Shown here piece by piece: positions 40,374 to 50,260 of a stretch of 64,000 nt of DNA. Position 1 is the stretch's first letter, and the number at the start of each line of letters is the position of its first letter. The stretch spans positions 31,674 through 95,673 of the forward strand of contig DATFYA010000021.1 in NCBI GenBank assembly GCA_035315345.1. Reading direction: 5' to 3'. Under the pieces are notes generated by a model that ran no database searches, had not been told where the DNA came from, and saw only the letters and a program-made list of their open reading frames with translations. A program made the translations under genes and the position numbers. The DNA comes from Candidatus Methylomirabilota bacterium (GTDB taxonomy: Bacteria; Methylomirabilota; Methylomirabilia; Rokubacteriales; CSP1-6).

Positions 40374-40477
40374 GATTCCCGGTCCCGGCGGAGCGCCGCA
40401 ACTGAGCTAACCTGCCGTCGGACCGGATCATTGTACTCGGGGGCGGTCCGGCCGACAAGCGTGCGGCCGCCCGCGCG

Positions 40478-41284
40478 TCAGCTCTTGGGCTCCTGCGATG
40501 CCCCGAAGGCCCGCAGCAGCGGGGTGAACAGATCGAGGGGCAGCGGGAAGAAGGTGGTGGTGTTCCGCTCCGCCGCCACCTCGCGCATGGTCTGCAGATA
40601 GCGGAGCTGCACCGCGATCGGGAAGCGCATGAGCACCTCGGCGGCCTCCCCCAGCTTGGCCGCGGCCTGGAACTCGCCCTCGGCGTTGATGACCTTGGCG
40701 CGCCGCTCCCGCTCGGCTTCCGCCTGTTTCGACATCGCCCGCTGCATGTCCTGGGGCAGGTCCACGTTCTTGACCTCCACCGCCGCCACCTTCACGCCCC
40801 AGGGGCTGGTGTGCTGGTCGATGATCCGGGTCAGCTCCTCGTTGATCTTCTCGCGGCTCGCGAGCAGGTCGTCCATCTCCTGTTGCCCGAGGACGCTCCG
40901 CAGCGTGGTCTGGGCCATCTGCGACGTCGCGTAGAGATAGTCCTCGACGCTGATGACCGCCTTGGCCGCGTCGAGCACCCGGAAGAAGATCACCGCGTTG
41001 ACCTTCACCGAGACGTTGTCCCGGGTGATCACGTCCTGCGGCGGCACGTCCATGGTGATGGTGCGCAGGCTCACCTTGACCATCTTGTCGACGAACGGGA
41101 TGAGCAGGACCAGCCCGGGACCCGACCCGTCACCGCCCGGATTGAAGATCGCGTTCGTCCGGCGGCCGAAGCGGAAGATGACCGCCCGCTCGTACTCGCG
41201 CAGGATGCGGAACGAGGAAAAGAAGATGTAGAGCAGGATCACCACCACCGGGATGATCCCGAACAGCAGCTGGAAGCCTTCCAT
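40478..41284 (-). CDS. SPFH/band 7 (stomatin-like) membrane protein
   Basis: About 268 aa from [21 protein letters not shown]... with a PHB/SPFH domain and a C-terminal coiled coil. An AGGAGGAG RBS precedes it. It is paired with the upstream NfeD gene. The 547-aa ORF-track call is an extension. Confidence 0.85.
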   Translation of the reverse strand: MEGFQLLFGIIPVVVILLYIFFSSFRILREYERAVIFRFGRRTNAIFNPGGDGSGPGLVLLIPFVDKMVKVSLRTITMDVPPQDVITRDNVSVKVNAVIFFRVLDAAKAVISVEDYLYATSQMAQTTLRSVLGQQEMDDLLASREKINEELTRIIDQHTSPWGVKVAAVEVKNVDLPQDMQRAMSKQAEAERERRAKVINAEGEFQAAAKLGEAAEVLMRFPIAVQLRYLQTMREVAAERNTTTFFPLPLDLFTPLLRAFGASQEPKS

Positions 41285-41304
41285 GGGTCTCCTCCTGGGA
41301 GTTC

Positions 41305-42621
41305 TTACGGTCGCTGCGCCGAGCGCCGGACCTCGAGGGTGAGCCCGTCGATGGCCGTGACCTGTACCGCCTCGCCGGCGCCGATCGCGGCGTCTGGGCT
41401 CACCGCGCGCCAGAGCTCGCCGTCGATGAGCACCTGCCCTTCCGGCTGTAGCGCGGTGCGGACGACCCCGCGTCGTCCGACCATCGCGCTCGGGCCGGTC
41501 ACCGACGGGCGGTAGAGGGCCCGGATGCCCATGGATACCGCGAAGAACACGAGGGCCGCGGTGGTGCCGACCGTGGGAATGATCACGAGCCACGAGAGCC
41601 GGATCCCGGTGGTCCCGGGCGTGTCGTAGAGCATGAGGGAGCCGAGCAGCATGGCGACCACGCCGCCCACCGTGAGGATGCCGTGGCTGACCACCTTGAT
41701 CTCCACGATCAAGAGGACGACCCCGAACAGGAGCAGGAGCAGGCCGGCCCAGTTGACGGGCAGGCTCTGGAAGGCGAAGAAGGCCAGGATCAGGCAGATG
41801 CCGCCGATCACCCCGGGCAGGATCGAGCCCGGGTTCGACAGCTCGAAGAAGATGCCGAGCATGCCGGCCATCATCAGCAGGTAGGCGATGTTCGGATCGG
41901 AGATCAGGGCCAGGAAACGATCGCGGAAGCTCACCTCGATCACCTTCACCGGCGCGTCCTTCGTGGCGAAGGTCATCGGTCCTTTGGCAGTTTTCACGGT
42001 GCGCCCGTCGATCTTGGCGAGCAGGTCCGGCACGTTCTCGGCGATCAGGTCGACCACCTTCAGCTTCACCGCCTCGCGCTCGGTGGCCGAGACCGACGAC
42101 CGGACCGCCTGCTCGGCCCACTCCGCGTTGCGACCGCGCTCGGCCGCGATGGTCCGCGCGAACGCCGCCGCGTCGTTCTCGACCTTCTTGCTCATCTCCT
42201 TGTCCATGGACCCGCCCACCGCCACCGGGTGCGCGGCGCCGATGTTGGTGGCCGGCGCCATCGCGGCCACGTGGGCGGCCATGGTGATGAAGACGCCGGC
42301 GGAGGCGGCCCGCGCGCCGGTGGGCGCCACGTAGACGATCACCGGGATCGGCGCGCCGAGGATGGACTGGACCATCGACCGCATCGAGCGCTCGAGACCG
42401 CCCGGGGTGTTCAGCTGGACGATGAGGGCCTGCGCGTTCTCGCCCTGCGCCCGATCGAGCGCGGTGATCAGCAGGCGCACCGTGACCGGGGTGATGGCCG
42501 AGTCCATCTCGATCAGGGACACCGGACGGGCCGCCGAGGCCGCCGGCGCGACGGGAAGCAGCACGGCGAAGGCCACGAGGATCGCGACGCCGAGGAGAGG
42601 CCGACGCATGGCCGATCTCAC
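41305..42621 (-). CDS. NfeD family membrane-bound ClpP-class serine protease (stomatin operon partner)
   Basis: Signal/TM region, ClpP-like protease domain, multi-TM region and a C-terminal OB-fold (NfeD). This is the classic nfeD-stomatin (STOPP) pair. Confidence 0.8.
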   Translation of the reverse strand: MRSAMRRPLLGVAILVAFAVLLPVAPAASAARPVSLIEMDSAITPVTVRLLITALDRAQGENAQALIVQLNTPGGLERSMRSMVQSILGAPIPVIVYVAPTGARAASAGVFITMAAHVAAMAPATNIGAAHPVAVGGSMDKEMSKKVENDAAAFARTIAAERGRNAEWAEQAVRSSVSATEREAVKLKVVDLIAENVPDLLAKIDGRTVKTAKGPMTFATKDAPVKVIEVSFRDRFLALISDPNIAYLLMMAGMLGIFFELSNPGSILPGVIGGICLILAFFAFQSLPVNWAGLLLLLFGVVLLIVEIKVVSHGILTVGGVVAMLLGSLMLYDTPGTTGIRLSWLVIIPTVGTTAALVFFAVSMGIRALYRPSVTGPSAMVGRRGVVRTALQPEGQVLIDGELWRAVSPDAAIGAGEAVQVTAIDGLTLEVRRSAQRP

Positions 42622-42664
42622 GCGGTCATCTTAGCACGCGGCCGCCGCGCGGACGTGGCGGCGG

Positions 42665-43615
42665 CTACCGGCCGAGCGCCACCACCGAGAGCAGCTCGAA
42701 GAGCAAATTCGACGCGAGCACGCCGGTGATCGCGCCGGGCCCGTCGTAGGGCGGCGAGACCTCCACGATGTCGCCGCCGGCCAGCTCGAGCCCGCGCAGC
42801 CCGCGCACCAGGCCGAGCGCCTCGTACGACGTGAGGCCGCCCGCCTCCGGGGTTCCCGTGCCGGGCGCGTAGGCGGGATCGCACGCGTCCACGTCGAACG
42901 AGCAGTACACGGGCCCGCCGGCCAGCCGACGCAGGCGCTCGACCGCCGCGGGCACCCCGCGCTCCTTGACGTCCTCGATGCGGAGGACCTCGAAGCCGTG
43001 CTCCCGGTGGAAGTCGAAGTCCTCGGGGCCGTAGAGTGGTCCGCGGATGCCGACCTGGATCGAGCGCGCGCCGTCGATCAGCCCCTCCTCGATCGCCCGC
43101 CGGAACGTGCTGCCGTGGTAGTACGGAAAGCCGAAGTAGCGGTCCCAGGTGTCGGGATGCGCGTCGAAGTGGACGAGGCCGAGCCGCCCGTGCCGTCGCG
43201 CGAGGGCGCGCAGCACCGCGAGGGTCACGGTGTGATCGCCGCCCACGCAGAGCGGCACCGCGCGGGCCGCCACCACCGGCGCCAGCGTGCGCTCGATGGC
43301 CGCGAAGGTGGCCTCGATCGAGACCGGGACGATGTCGACGTCGCCGCAATCGGCCACGCGGAGCCGATCGAACGGGTGCACCCGCAGCGCCGAGTTCCAC
43401 GGGCGGATCAGGGACGATTGCTCCCGCACGTGCCGCGGGCCCATGCGCGCGCCCGACCGGTACGAGCAGCCGCCGTCGAACGGGATGCCGCAGAGAGCCA
43501 CGTCGAGCCCGGCCGGGGATTCGATGTGGGGCAGCCGCATGAAGGTGGCGGGCTGGGCGAAGCGCGGGGACGCGAAGCCGTCCCGCGGCTTCGGGTGCTC
43601 GCTCGACGCGTCCAT
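42665..43615 (-). CDS. speB: agmatinase / arginase-family ureohydrolase
   Basis: 316 aa with binuclear-Mn ligand motifs (GGDHT, DAHPD, SFDVDACDP) typical of agmatinase/formiminoglutamase. Confidence 0.75.
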   Translation of the reverse strand: MDASSEHPKPRDGFASPRFAQPATFMRLPHIESPAGLDVALCGIPFDGGCSYRSGARMGPRHVREQSSLIRPWNSALRVHPFDRLRVADCGDVDIVPVSIEATFAAIERTLAPVVAARAVPLCVGGDHTVTLAVLRALARRHGRLGLVHFDAHPDTWDRYFGFPYYHGSTFRRAIEEGLIDGARSIQVGIRGPLYGPEDFDFHREHGFEVLRIEDVKERGVPAAVERLRRLAGGPVYCSFDVDACDPAYAPGTGTPEAGGLTSYEALGLVRGLRGLELAGGDIVEVSPPYDGPGAITGVLASNLLFELLSVVALGR

Positions 43616-43640
43616 GGCCGCGGCCGCGCAGAAGCGGCGG

Positions 43641-44858
43641 CTACAGCTCGCCGCGCAGGGCGGCCACCGCCTCCGCCAGGCGCCGGATGTCCTCGGCGGT
43701 GTTGTACACCGAGAAGCTCGCGCGCAGCGTGCCGACGATGCCGAGGCGCTTCATGAGCGGCTGGGCACAGTGATGTCCGGCCCGCACCGCGATCCCGCGC
43801 TGGTCGAGGAGCGCGGCGCCGTCGTGCGGATGAAGGCCCTCGACGTTGAACGCCACCACCGCGCCCTTCATCTCCGGATTGCGCGGGCCGTAGAGCGTCA
43901 CGCCGGGAATCGGCGCCAGCGCGTCCATGGTCGCCGCGGTGAGCGCCTGCTCGTGCGCGGTCACCTGGCTCATGCCGAGCTTGCCGAGGTATTCGATGGC
44001 CGCCTGCAGCCCGACCGCGCCCGCGATCGGGGGGGTGCCCGGCTCGAAGCGCCACGGCAGGTCGTTCCACTGGGCGTGATCGATCCAGACCTCCTTGATC
44101 ATCTCGCCCCCGCCCCACGCCGGCTCGAGCCCCGCCAGGATTTCTCGACGGCCATACAGAACGCCAACGCCGGTCGGGCCCAGCATCTTGTGACCGGAGA
44201 AGGCGTAGAAGTCGGCGCCGAGCGCGGTCACGTCCACCGGCAGATGGGGCACGGCCTGGGCGCCGTCGACCACCACCAGCGCGCCCGCGCCGTGCGCCGG
44301 CTCGGCGATGCGGGCGATCGGGTTGATGGTGCCGAGCACGTTGGACACGTGCGCCACCGCCACCACGCGCGTGCGCGGCGACAGCAGGCGGGCGAACGCG
44401 TCGAGGTCGAGGTATCCCTCGCCCACCACCGGGATCGCGCGGATGATCGCGCCGCGATCGCGGCAGACCATCTGCCAGGGGATCAGGTTCGAGTGGTGCT
44501 CCATCTCGGTGACCACGATCTCGTCCCCGGGCTGGAGCGTCCGCCCGATCGCCTGCGCCACCAGGTTGATGCCTTCGGTGGTGCCCCGGGTGAAGACGAT
44601 CTCCTCGCGGCTCGGCGCCCCGATGAAGGCGCGCACCGCGTCGCGGGCCGCCTCGTAGCGCTCGGTGGCCTCCTCACCGAGGGTGTGCAGGGCGCGGTGC
44701 ACGTTGGCATGGCTCGTCTGGTAGTAGTGCTGCACCGCCTCGATGACCTGGGTCGGCTTCTGGCTGGACGCGGCCGAGTCGAGGAACACGAGCGGGTGGC
44801 CATTGACGATTCGGGACAGGATCGGAAAGTCTCGGCGGGTCTTCTCCCCCATGTTCAT
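43641..44858 (-). CDS. sufS: cysteine desulfurase, SufS/CsdA group II
   Basis: Aminotransferase class V with the PLP lysine in FSGHKMLGPTGVG and the active-site Cys loop RAGHHCAQP. Its ATG overlaps the sufU stop (ATGA). Confidence 0.85.
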   Translation of the reverse strand: MNMGEKTRRDFPILSRIVNGHPLVFLDSAASSQKPTQVIEAVQHYYQTSHANVHRALHTLGEEATERYEAARDAVRAFIGAPSREEIVFTRGTTEGINLVAQAIGRTLQPGDEIVVTEMEHHSNLIPWQMVCRDRGAIIRAIPVVGEGYLDLDAFARLLSPRTRVVAVAHVSNVLGTINPIARIAEPAHGAGALVVVDGAQAVPHLPVDVTALGADFYAFSGHKMLGPTGVGVLYGRREILAGLEPAWGGGEMIKEVWIDHAQWNDLPWRFEPGTPPIAGAVGLQAAIEYLGKLGMSQVTAHEQALTAATMDALAPIPGVTLYGPRNPEMKGAVVAFNVEGLHPHDGAALLDQRGIAVRAGHHCAQPLMKRLGIVGTLRASFSVYNTAEDIRRLAEAVAALRGEL

Positions 44859-45226
44859 CGCGTCGCCTCGCTCTCGAGCGCCGCCCGGAGGACGGTGAGC
44901 GGCAGGGCCACGCACTTCATCCGCGACGGCCGGATGTCCGAGTCCAGGCGCTCCAGTAGATTCGCGGTGGTGAGCTCCCCGGCCCGGCTCGCCGGCTGGC
45001 CCTCCATCATCTCCAGCAGCAGGTCGGCGGAGGCCGCGGAGATCGCGCAGCAGTCGCCGCTCCAGCGTGCCTCGGTCACGCGGCCGTCGGCCAGGCGGCC
45101 CTGGATGCGCACGCGATCGCCGCAGAGCGGGTTCACGTCCTCGGCCGACATGTCGGGCCGCTCGATCGCGCCGCGGAAGCGCGGCTTCCGGAAGCGGTCG
45201 CGGATGACGTTGCTGTAGAGCGCCAT
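44855..45226 (-). CDS. sufU: SUF-type Fe-S cluster assembly/sulfur-acceptor protein SufU (NifU/IscU-like)
   Basis: 123 aa with the conserved NPLCGD...GDCC...RMKC Cys ligands characteristic of SufU. Confidence 0.75.
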   Translation of the reverse strand: MALYSNVIRDRFRKPRFRGAIERPDMSAEDVNPLCGDRVRIQGRLADGRVTEARWSGDCCAISAASADLLLEMMEGQPASRAGELTTANLLERLDSDIRPSRMKCVALPLTVLRAALESEATR

Positions 45227-45227
45227 G

Positions 45228-46271
45228 TCACTCCGACAGCTCCCCGCGCACCGCGCTCTGGCGATAGGGCGGGAAGCGGTAGGCGCTGTCCCGCGAGAGC
45301 AGGCCGCCGTGGCCCAGCGTGGCGATCTCCGGCGCGCCGGTGGCCTCGCCGGTCAGGATGCGCGGGAGGACCAGGTCGAACGTGGTGGCCTGCGAGAACA
45401 TCCCGCAGGCCGGCATTCCCAGCACCGGATGCCCGCGCAGGTCGGCGATCCACAGCAGGCTGCCCGGATGCGCGGGCGCGCCGTGGCGGAGCATCCGGCC
45501 GCCCAGCTGCTCCAGCCCCGCGAACATGGGGTCGAGCGGGTCGAGCGAGCCCGCCCCGGCCGCGATCAGGATGTCGGCGCCGGCCGCCAGCAGGGCTGCC
45601 ATCTCCCCCGCCATCGCCTTCCCGTCGCCCGCGGCATAGCGCACCGGCAGCAGCCGCGAGCCGAACCAGTCGATCTTCTCGGTCAGCGACGACTCGAACC
45701 GCTGCCGCTGCGGCGGCGCCAGGCTCTCGCGGCTCAGCGCGCCGAGGACACGCGGCACGAACGGCGTCACCGTGACGAGACCGCCCGCGGTCCACGCCCG
45801 GCTCTCCGCTTCCTTCACCAGCCGCTCGGGAATGGCCAGCGGGGTGATCTTGGCCTTGGCCACCGCCTCGCCCGCTTCCACCGGCTGTAGATCGAAGAGC
45901 GTGAACACCGACATGCCCTCGAGCCGGTTCACCGCCTGCAGGGCGGCGACGTTCACGCGCACCAGGCCGCGACGCTGTCCGACCAGGGTCCACTGGCCGC
46001 CGACGTAGCCCTTCACCTGGACGTTGGCCCCGCACGCGGCGGCGGCCAGGCGAGCGCCGGCCGGCTCCTCGTGGACATCGCCCGGCTCGATCTCCAGGAG
46101 ATGCACTTCCGGCCACGGCAGCGCGAGCAGCCGCACGGCGGCGGCGGCGTCGAGCACCTGGCCCTTGTTGATGGCCACCTTTCCGGCTGAGTCGCGCACG
46201 TCGTGACAGGCGATGCGCCCCTCGAGGGCGTCGGCCGTCACGGTGTCGGGCTTGATGGTGATGGCTTTCAT
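45228..46271 (-). CDS. molybdopterin-binding (MoeA/CinA-like) accessory protein of the Mo-hydroxylase cluster
   Basis: The start is MKAITIKPD. A C-terminal MoCF-biosynthesis-like domain (ILIAAGAGSLDP) is present, and the gene lies among cox/xdh maturation genes. Family assignment is tentative. Confidence 0.4.
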   Translation of the reverse strand: MKAITIKPDTVTADALEGRIACHDVRDSAGKVAINKGQVLDAAAAVRLLALPWPEVHLLEIEPGDVHEEPAGARLAAAACGANVQVKGYVGGQWTLVGQRRGLVRVNVAALQAVNRLEGMSVFTLFDLQPVEAGEAVAKAKITPLAIPERLVKEAESRAWTAGGLVTVTPFVPRVLGALSRESLAPPQRQRFESSLTEKIDWFGSRLLPVRYAAGDGKAMAGEMAALLAAGADILIAAGAGSLDPLDPMFAGLEQLGGRMLRHGAPAHPGSLLWIADLRGHPVLGMPACGMFSQATTFDLVLPRILTGEATGAPEIATLGHGGLLSRDSAYRFPPYRQSAVRGELSE

Positions 46272-46380
46272 GCGTGGCTGGCGGTCGTCGGTCTGCGGCA
46301 GGGCATTGTTCTGATCTGCGGGGGAGCGGCGGCGCTCCTCCCCCAGACCCCCCCACCGCATTGGTCAGGGCGGCCGCGGT

Positions 46381-47469
46381 TCATTTAAGGCCTCGGCGCA
46401 CTTTCTCGGAGATGGGCATGCCGGTGGCGTGGCGCTGTGTGGCGAGCGCCTCGGCCAGGATGCTGAGCGCGATCTCGGGCGCGGACTGCGCGCCGAGATC
46501 GAGCCCGATCGGCACGCGCACTCGCGCGAGCGCCTCCTCGCTGACCCCGTCCTCGCGCAGCAGGTTGAGGATCGCGGCCCCGCGTCGGGTGCTGCCGAGC
46601 AGGCCGATGTAGCCGACCGGCGTGCCCAGCGCGTGGCGCAGCACCGGCAGGTCGTACTTGTAGTCGTGGGCTACCAGGATCAGCGCGGTGGTCGGGATGA
46701 GCGGCACCTGCGTGACCAGCTCGGACGGCACGCCGATCCGCAGGTCGTCCACGTCGGGGAAGCGCTCGCGGGTGGCGAACCGCGGGCGACCGTCCACCAC
46801 GATGGTGCGGAAGCCGAGCGTCTTGGCCATCGAGGTCAGCGGCATCGCGACGTGGCTCGCCCCGACCACCAGCAGCGTGGAGGGCGGCCCGAAGACCTCG
46901 GCGAAGGCGCGCACGTTCTCGAGGAACAGCGTGCGCGACTTGCCCGTGGCCAGGGCCTGGCGGGCTTCGGCCTCGAATCGCTCGTCGAGGAAGGCGTCGC
47001 CCAGCGTGCCCTCTCGGGTGCCGGTGTCGAGGAGCAGCAGCTTGGCCCCGTTGTGCGGTGGGTCCAGGCGCGTGACGATGACCGCGCGGCCGCCCGCTTC
47101 GGCGTGGGCGCGCGCCCGGTCGTCGAACACCACGGTGGCGCTGCCGCCCGGGCCGAGCGTGACCGGCTCAACGAAGACCTCGATCGTCCCCCCGCAGGTC
47201 AGCCCGATCTCCCAGGCCTCCTCGTCGCCCAGGTTCAGCTCGAGCAGGCGAGGCGCGTTCTTGTCCAGCACGTCGGCCGATTCCTCGATGACCTGCGCGT
47301 CCACGCACCCGCCGATGGTCACCGAGCCGAGCACGCGCCCGCCCTCGCCCACCAGCATCTTCGCCCCTTCCTTGCGGGGCGTGGTGCCGCGGGTGTTGAC
47401 CAGCGTGGCCACCGCCACCTTGGCCTCGCTCTTGTCCAGCTGATCCAGATGACTCGAAAGCTCGCTCAT
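46381..47469 (-). CDS. xdhC: XdhC/CoxI family molybdenum cofactor insertion chaperone
   Basis: XdhC_CoxI N-terminal domain plus a Rossmann-like C-terminal domain (LLVVGASHVAMPL). The likely start is MSELSSHLDQ. The ORF-track start at 47697 is an extension. Confidence 0.8.
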   Translation of the reverse strand: MSELSSHLDQLDKSEAKVAVATLVNTRGTTPRKEGAKMLVGEGGRVLGSVTIGGCVDAQVIEESADVLDKNAPRLLELNLGDEEAWEIGLTCGGTIEVFVEPVTLGPGGSATVVFDDRARAHAEAGGRAVIVTRLDPPHNGAKLLLLDTGTREGTLGDAFLDERFEAEARQALATGKSRTLFLENVRAFAEVFGPPSTLLVVGASHVAMPLTSMAKTLGFRTIVVDGRPRFATRERFPDVDDLRIGVPSELVTQVPLIPTTALILVAHDYKYDLPVLRHALGTPVGYIGLLGSTRRGAAILNLLREDGVSEEALARVRVPIGLDLGAQSAPEIALSILAEALATQRHATGMPISEKVRRGLK

Positions 47470-47480
47470 GTCTGCCTCGG

Positions 47481-48638
47481 CTACCTCAGCTTGAGATGCC
47501 CGGCGAGGTCCCGGAGGCTCGCCAGGTTGTGCGCGGCCGCGAAGTGGTCGACCAGGGGCAACGCCGCGGCCATGCCCCGGGTCAGGGGCTCGTAGGACGG
47601 GTTGCCCAGGAGCGGGTTCAGCCAGATCAGCCGCCCCGCCTTTCGCTTGATGGTCAGCATCTCGTTGGCGAGCAGCTCGGGCTCGCCGGTGTCCCACCCA
47701 TCCGACAGCAGCAGCACGATCGTGTGCCGGTCGACGAGGTGCCCCCAGCGGGCATTGAACTCCTGGAGCGACTCCCCGATCCGGGTGCCGCCCGAGAAGT
47801 CGCGCACCTCGGTCAGCTTCGCCAGCGCCTGTCGGTACGAGGCACCCTTGAGATGCTCGGTCACGCGGGTGAGACGCGTGGAAAAGGTGAAGGTCTCCAC
47901 CCGCCCGAAGACGTTCTGCAGCGCGTAGAGGAACTGGAGCAGGAACCGGCTATAGAGATCCATCGAGCCCGAAACGTCGCACAGCAGGACCAGCCGGATT
48001 TTGCGCCTCCGGCGCTCGCGGCGGCGCAGCTCGATGATCTCGCCCTTCATCAGGTTGGCCCGGATGCTCCGGCGCAGGTCGACCACGCCCCCGCGCCGGG
48101 TCGGGCGCTTGCGGCGGCTGATCCGGCGGGCCAGCCGCTTGGCGATCAGGATCGTCAGCCGCGCCACCTCGTCCAGATCCTCAACCGGGAACGCCGAAAA
48201 GTCTTGATCCATGAGGATCTCTTTGTCACTGACCCCCGGGACCTCCAACGGCTCTCCATCGTCCTCCGCCTGCTCCTCCCAGCCCTCGAGCGCCACCGAC
48301 ACCTTCTTCTGCGCGGCCGCCTCCGCAGCGCTGTTGCCGGCGTGCTCCTCGGGAATCGCGGCCTCCGCGGGCGTCGTCAGGCCGTCGAGCCCCTGCCCCT
48401 CGGCGGCCTGGAAGCGCCAGAAGGCCTCGAAGCAGCGGTCGAAAGCGGGAAACTCCTCGTGTCGGGCCACCAGCGTGGTGCGCAGGGCCAGGTAGACGTC
48501 CCGGCGATCGAGCAGGTCCACCGCCTCGAGCGCGCGCACGCCGTCCATCATCTCGCCGATGGTCAGGGGCAGCCCCGCCGCCCGCAGCATGTGACCGAAG
48601 CGGAGGACCGCGGTGGTGAGATCGCGCGGGCCCGCCAT
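47481..48638 (-). CDS. coxE: VWA domain protein CoxE-like
   Basis: C-terminal von Willebrand factor A domain with a MIDAS motif (LLCDVSGSM). It is co-located with coxD, as in CODH/xanthine dehydrogenase accessory sets. Confidence 0.8.
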   Translation of the reverse strand: MAGPRDLTTAVLRFGHMLRAAGLPLTIGEMMDGVRALEAVDLLDRRDVYLALRTTLVARHEEFPAFDRCFEAFWRFQAAEGQGLDGLTTPAEAAIPEEHAGNSAAEAAAQKKVSVALEGWEEQAEDDGEPLEVPGVSDKEILMDQDFSAFPVEDLDEVARLTILIAKRLARRISRRKRPTRRGGVVDLRRSIRANLMKGEIIELRRRERRRRKIRLVLLCDVSGSMDLYSRFLLQFLYALQNVFGRVETFTFSTRLTRVTEHLKGASYRQALAKLTEVRDFSGGTRIGESLQEFNARWGHLVDRHTIVLLLSDGWDTGEPELLANEMLTIKRKAGRLIWLNPLLGNPSYEPLTRGMAAALPLVDHFAAAHNLASLRDLAGHLKLR

Positions 48639-48639
48639 C

Positions 48640-49542
48640 CTAGCCCGCCTTGCTATCCACCGGGCTCACGAAGCGCTTGAGTCCGCTCGCGGTCAGCTCC
48701 CGCTTGAAGCGCTTGACGTCGTCGGCATCCTTGAGCACGCAGCCGAGCGTCTCCAGCACCAGCTCCTCATCGAGGTGATCGGCGTGCAGCGAGGAGAGCG
48801 CCTGGGCCCAGTCGAGCGTCTCGGCCACGCCCGGGACCTTGGCGAGGCGAACCGTGCGGAGGCTCTCCATGAAGCGCGAGATCTGGCGCGCGAGGGCCTC
48901 GTTCACTCCCGGCACCTTGCGCATCACGATCCGCACTTCCTTGTCGAAGCCCGGGAAGTCGATCCACAGGTAGAGGCACCGCCGGCGCAGGGCGTCGGAC
49001 AGCTCGCGGACGCGGTTCGAGGTCAGGATGACGTACGGCGGATGGGTCGCCTTGACGGTGCCGATCTCGGGGATCGTCACCTGGAACTCGGACAGGACCT
49101 CCAGGAGAAAGGCTTCGAACTCCTCGTCCGCGCGGTCCACCTCGTCGATGAGCAGCACCGGGGGCTTGCCGTCCTGGCTGATCGCCTGCAAGAGCGGACG
49201 ACGGATCAGGAACGGCTCGGAGAAGATCGTGGCCTCCTTCTGCGAGAGCGTGTGGGTGGTGCTCTCCTCGAGCTTGATGTGCAGCAGCTGCTTGGGATAG
49301 TTCCACTCGTAGAGCGCTTGCGCGGCGTCGAGCCCCTCGTAGCATTGCAGGCGGATCAGGTTGGTGTGGAGCATCCGCGCCATCACCTTGGCGACCTCGG
49401 TCTTGCCCACGCCCGCGTGCCCCTCGATGAGGAGCGGCTTCTTGAGCGTCATGGCCAGGTGCACGGACGTCGCGATGGCGGGGTCGGTGACGTAGTCCGC
49501 CGCTTCCATCATCTGCTCGATCTTCTCGATCTCGGCTCTCAT
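48640..49542 (-). CDS. coxD: MoxR-like AAA+ ATPase CoxD
   Basis: AAA_5 domain with Walker A (GHAGVGKT) and Walker B (LLIDEVDRA). Confidence 0.8.
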   Translation of the reverse strand: MRAEIEKIEQMMEAADYVTDPAIATSVHLAMTLKKPLLIEGHAGVGKTEVAKVMARMLHTNLIRLQCYEGLDAAQALYEWNYPKQLLHIKLEESTTHTLSQKEATIFSEPFLIRRPLLQAISQDGKPPVLLIDEVDRADEEFEAFLLEVLSEFQVTIPEIGTVKATHPPYVILTSNRVRELSDALRRRCLYLWIDFPGFDKEVRIVMRKVPGVNEALARQISRFMESLRTVRLAKVPGVAETLDWAQALSSLHADHLDEELVLETLGCVLKDADDVKRFKRELTASGLKRFVSPVDSKAG

Positions 49543-49580
49543 GGCCCTCTCAGTCTACACGCGTGATTGAGGCCTCGCCG

Positions 49581-50183
49581 CTACCCGGCCGGCGGCCCGG
49601 CGCGACGCGTCGCCCGGATCTTCTCATAGTCCCCCGGGGTATCGACGTCCGGAGGCATGGCGAGGTCGAAGTCCACCCACTCGATCCGCGTCGGGTCCCG
49701 CTGGATGATCGGCCGGGCGCCCTGGTCGCCCCCGAGACGCAGCAGCTCGGGGAAGATTCCGCGCTTGAACAGCACCGGGTTGCCCTGTCCGTCGCGATAC
49801 CGCGGTGCCACGATCGGCTTGTCGCTGGTGCGTCGCGCGGCCAGCAAGGCCGGGACGATCGACGGCGGCAGCATCGGCTGGTCGCCCAGCGCGATCAGGG
49901 CCCAGTCGGCGGACGCGGGCAGCGCGCCGATGCCGACCCGGACCGAGCCGGCCTGGCCCTCCTCCGGCGCCGGGTTCACCACGATCTGCACCTCGAGGCC
50001 GCCGAGGGCCGACTCGATGGCCTCCACCGCGGGCCCCGACACCACCCAGACCGAATCGACGCCGCCGCTCAGCACCGCCTCGACCGCGTGGCGGACGATC
50101 GCCCGGCCGTCCAGCAGCATGAGCAGCTTGGCCTGCCCCATGCGGCGCGAGAGGCCGGCGGCGAGGATGACCGCCGCGATCAC
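49581..50183 (-). CDS. mocA: molybdenum cofactor cytidylyltransferase (MobA-like NTP transferase)
   Basis: The N-terminal motif AVILAAGLSRRMG is typical of MobA/MocA nucleotidyltransferases. The neighbouring molybdoenzyme predicts an MCD-type cofactor. Confidence 0.75.
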   Translation of the reverse strand: MIAAVILAAGLSRRMGQAKLLMLLDGRAIVRHAVEAVLSGGVDSVWVVSGPAVEAIESALGGLEVQIVVNPAPEEGQAGSVRVGIGALPASADWALIALGDQPMLPPSIVPALLAARRTSDKPIVAPRYRDGQGNPVLFKRGIFPELLRLGGDQGARPIIQRDPTRIEWVDFDLAMPPDVDTPGDYEKIRATRRAGPPAG

Positions 50184-50260
50184 CGTGTGCCCTCAAAGCC
50201 GAGCCCCGCGGAGCACATCCCGCGGGGCTCGGGGATCAGCCGATGTCTCACCCGGTGAGT

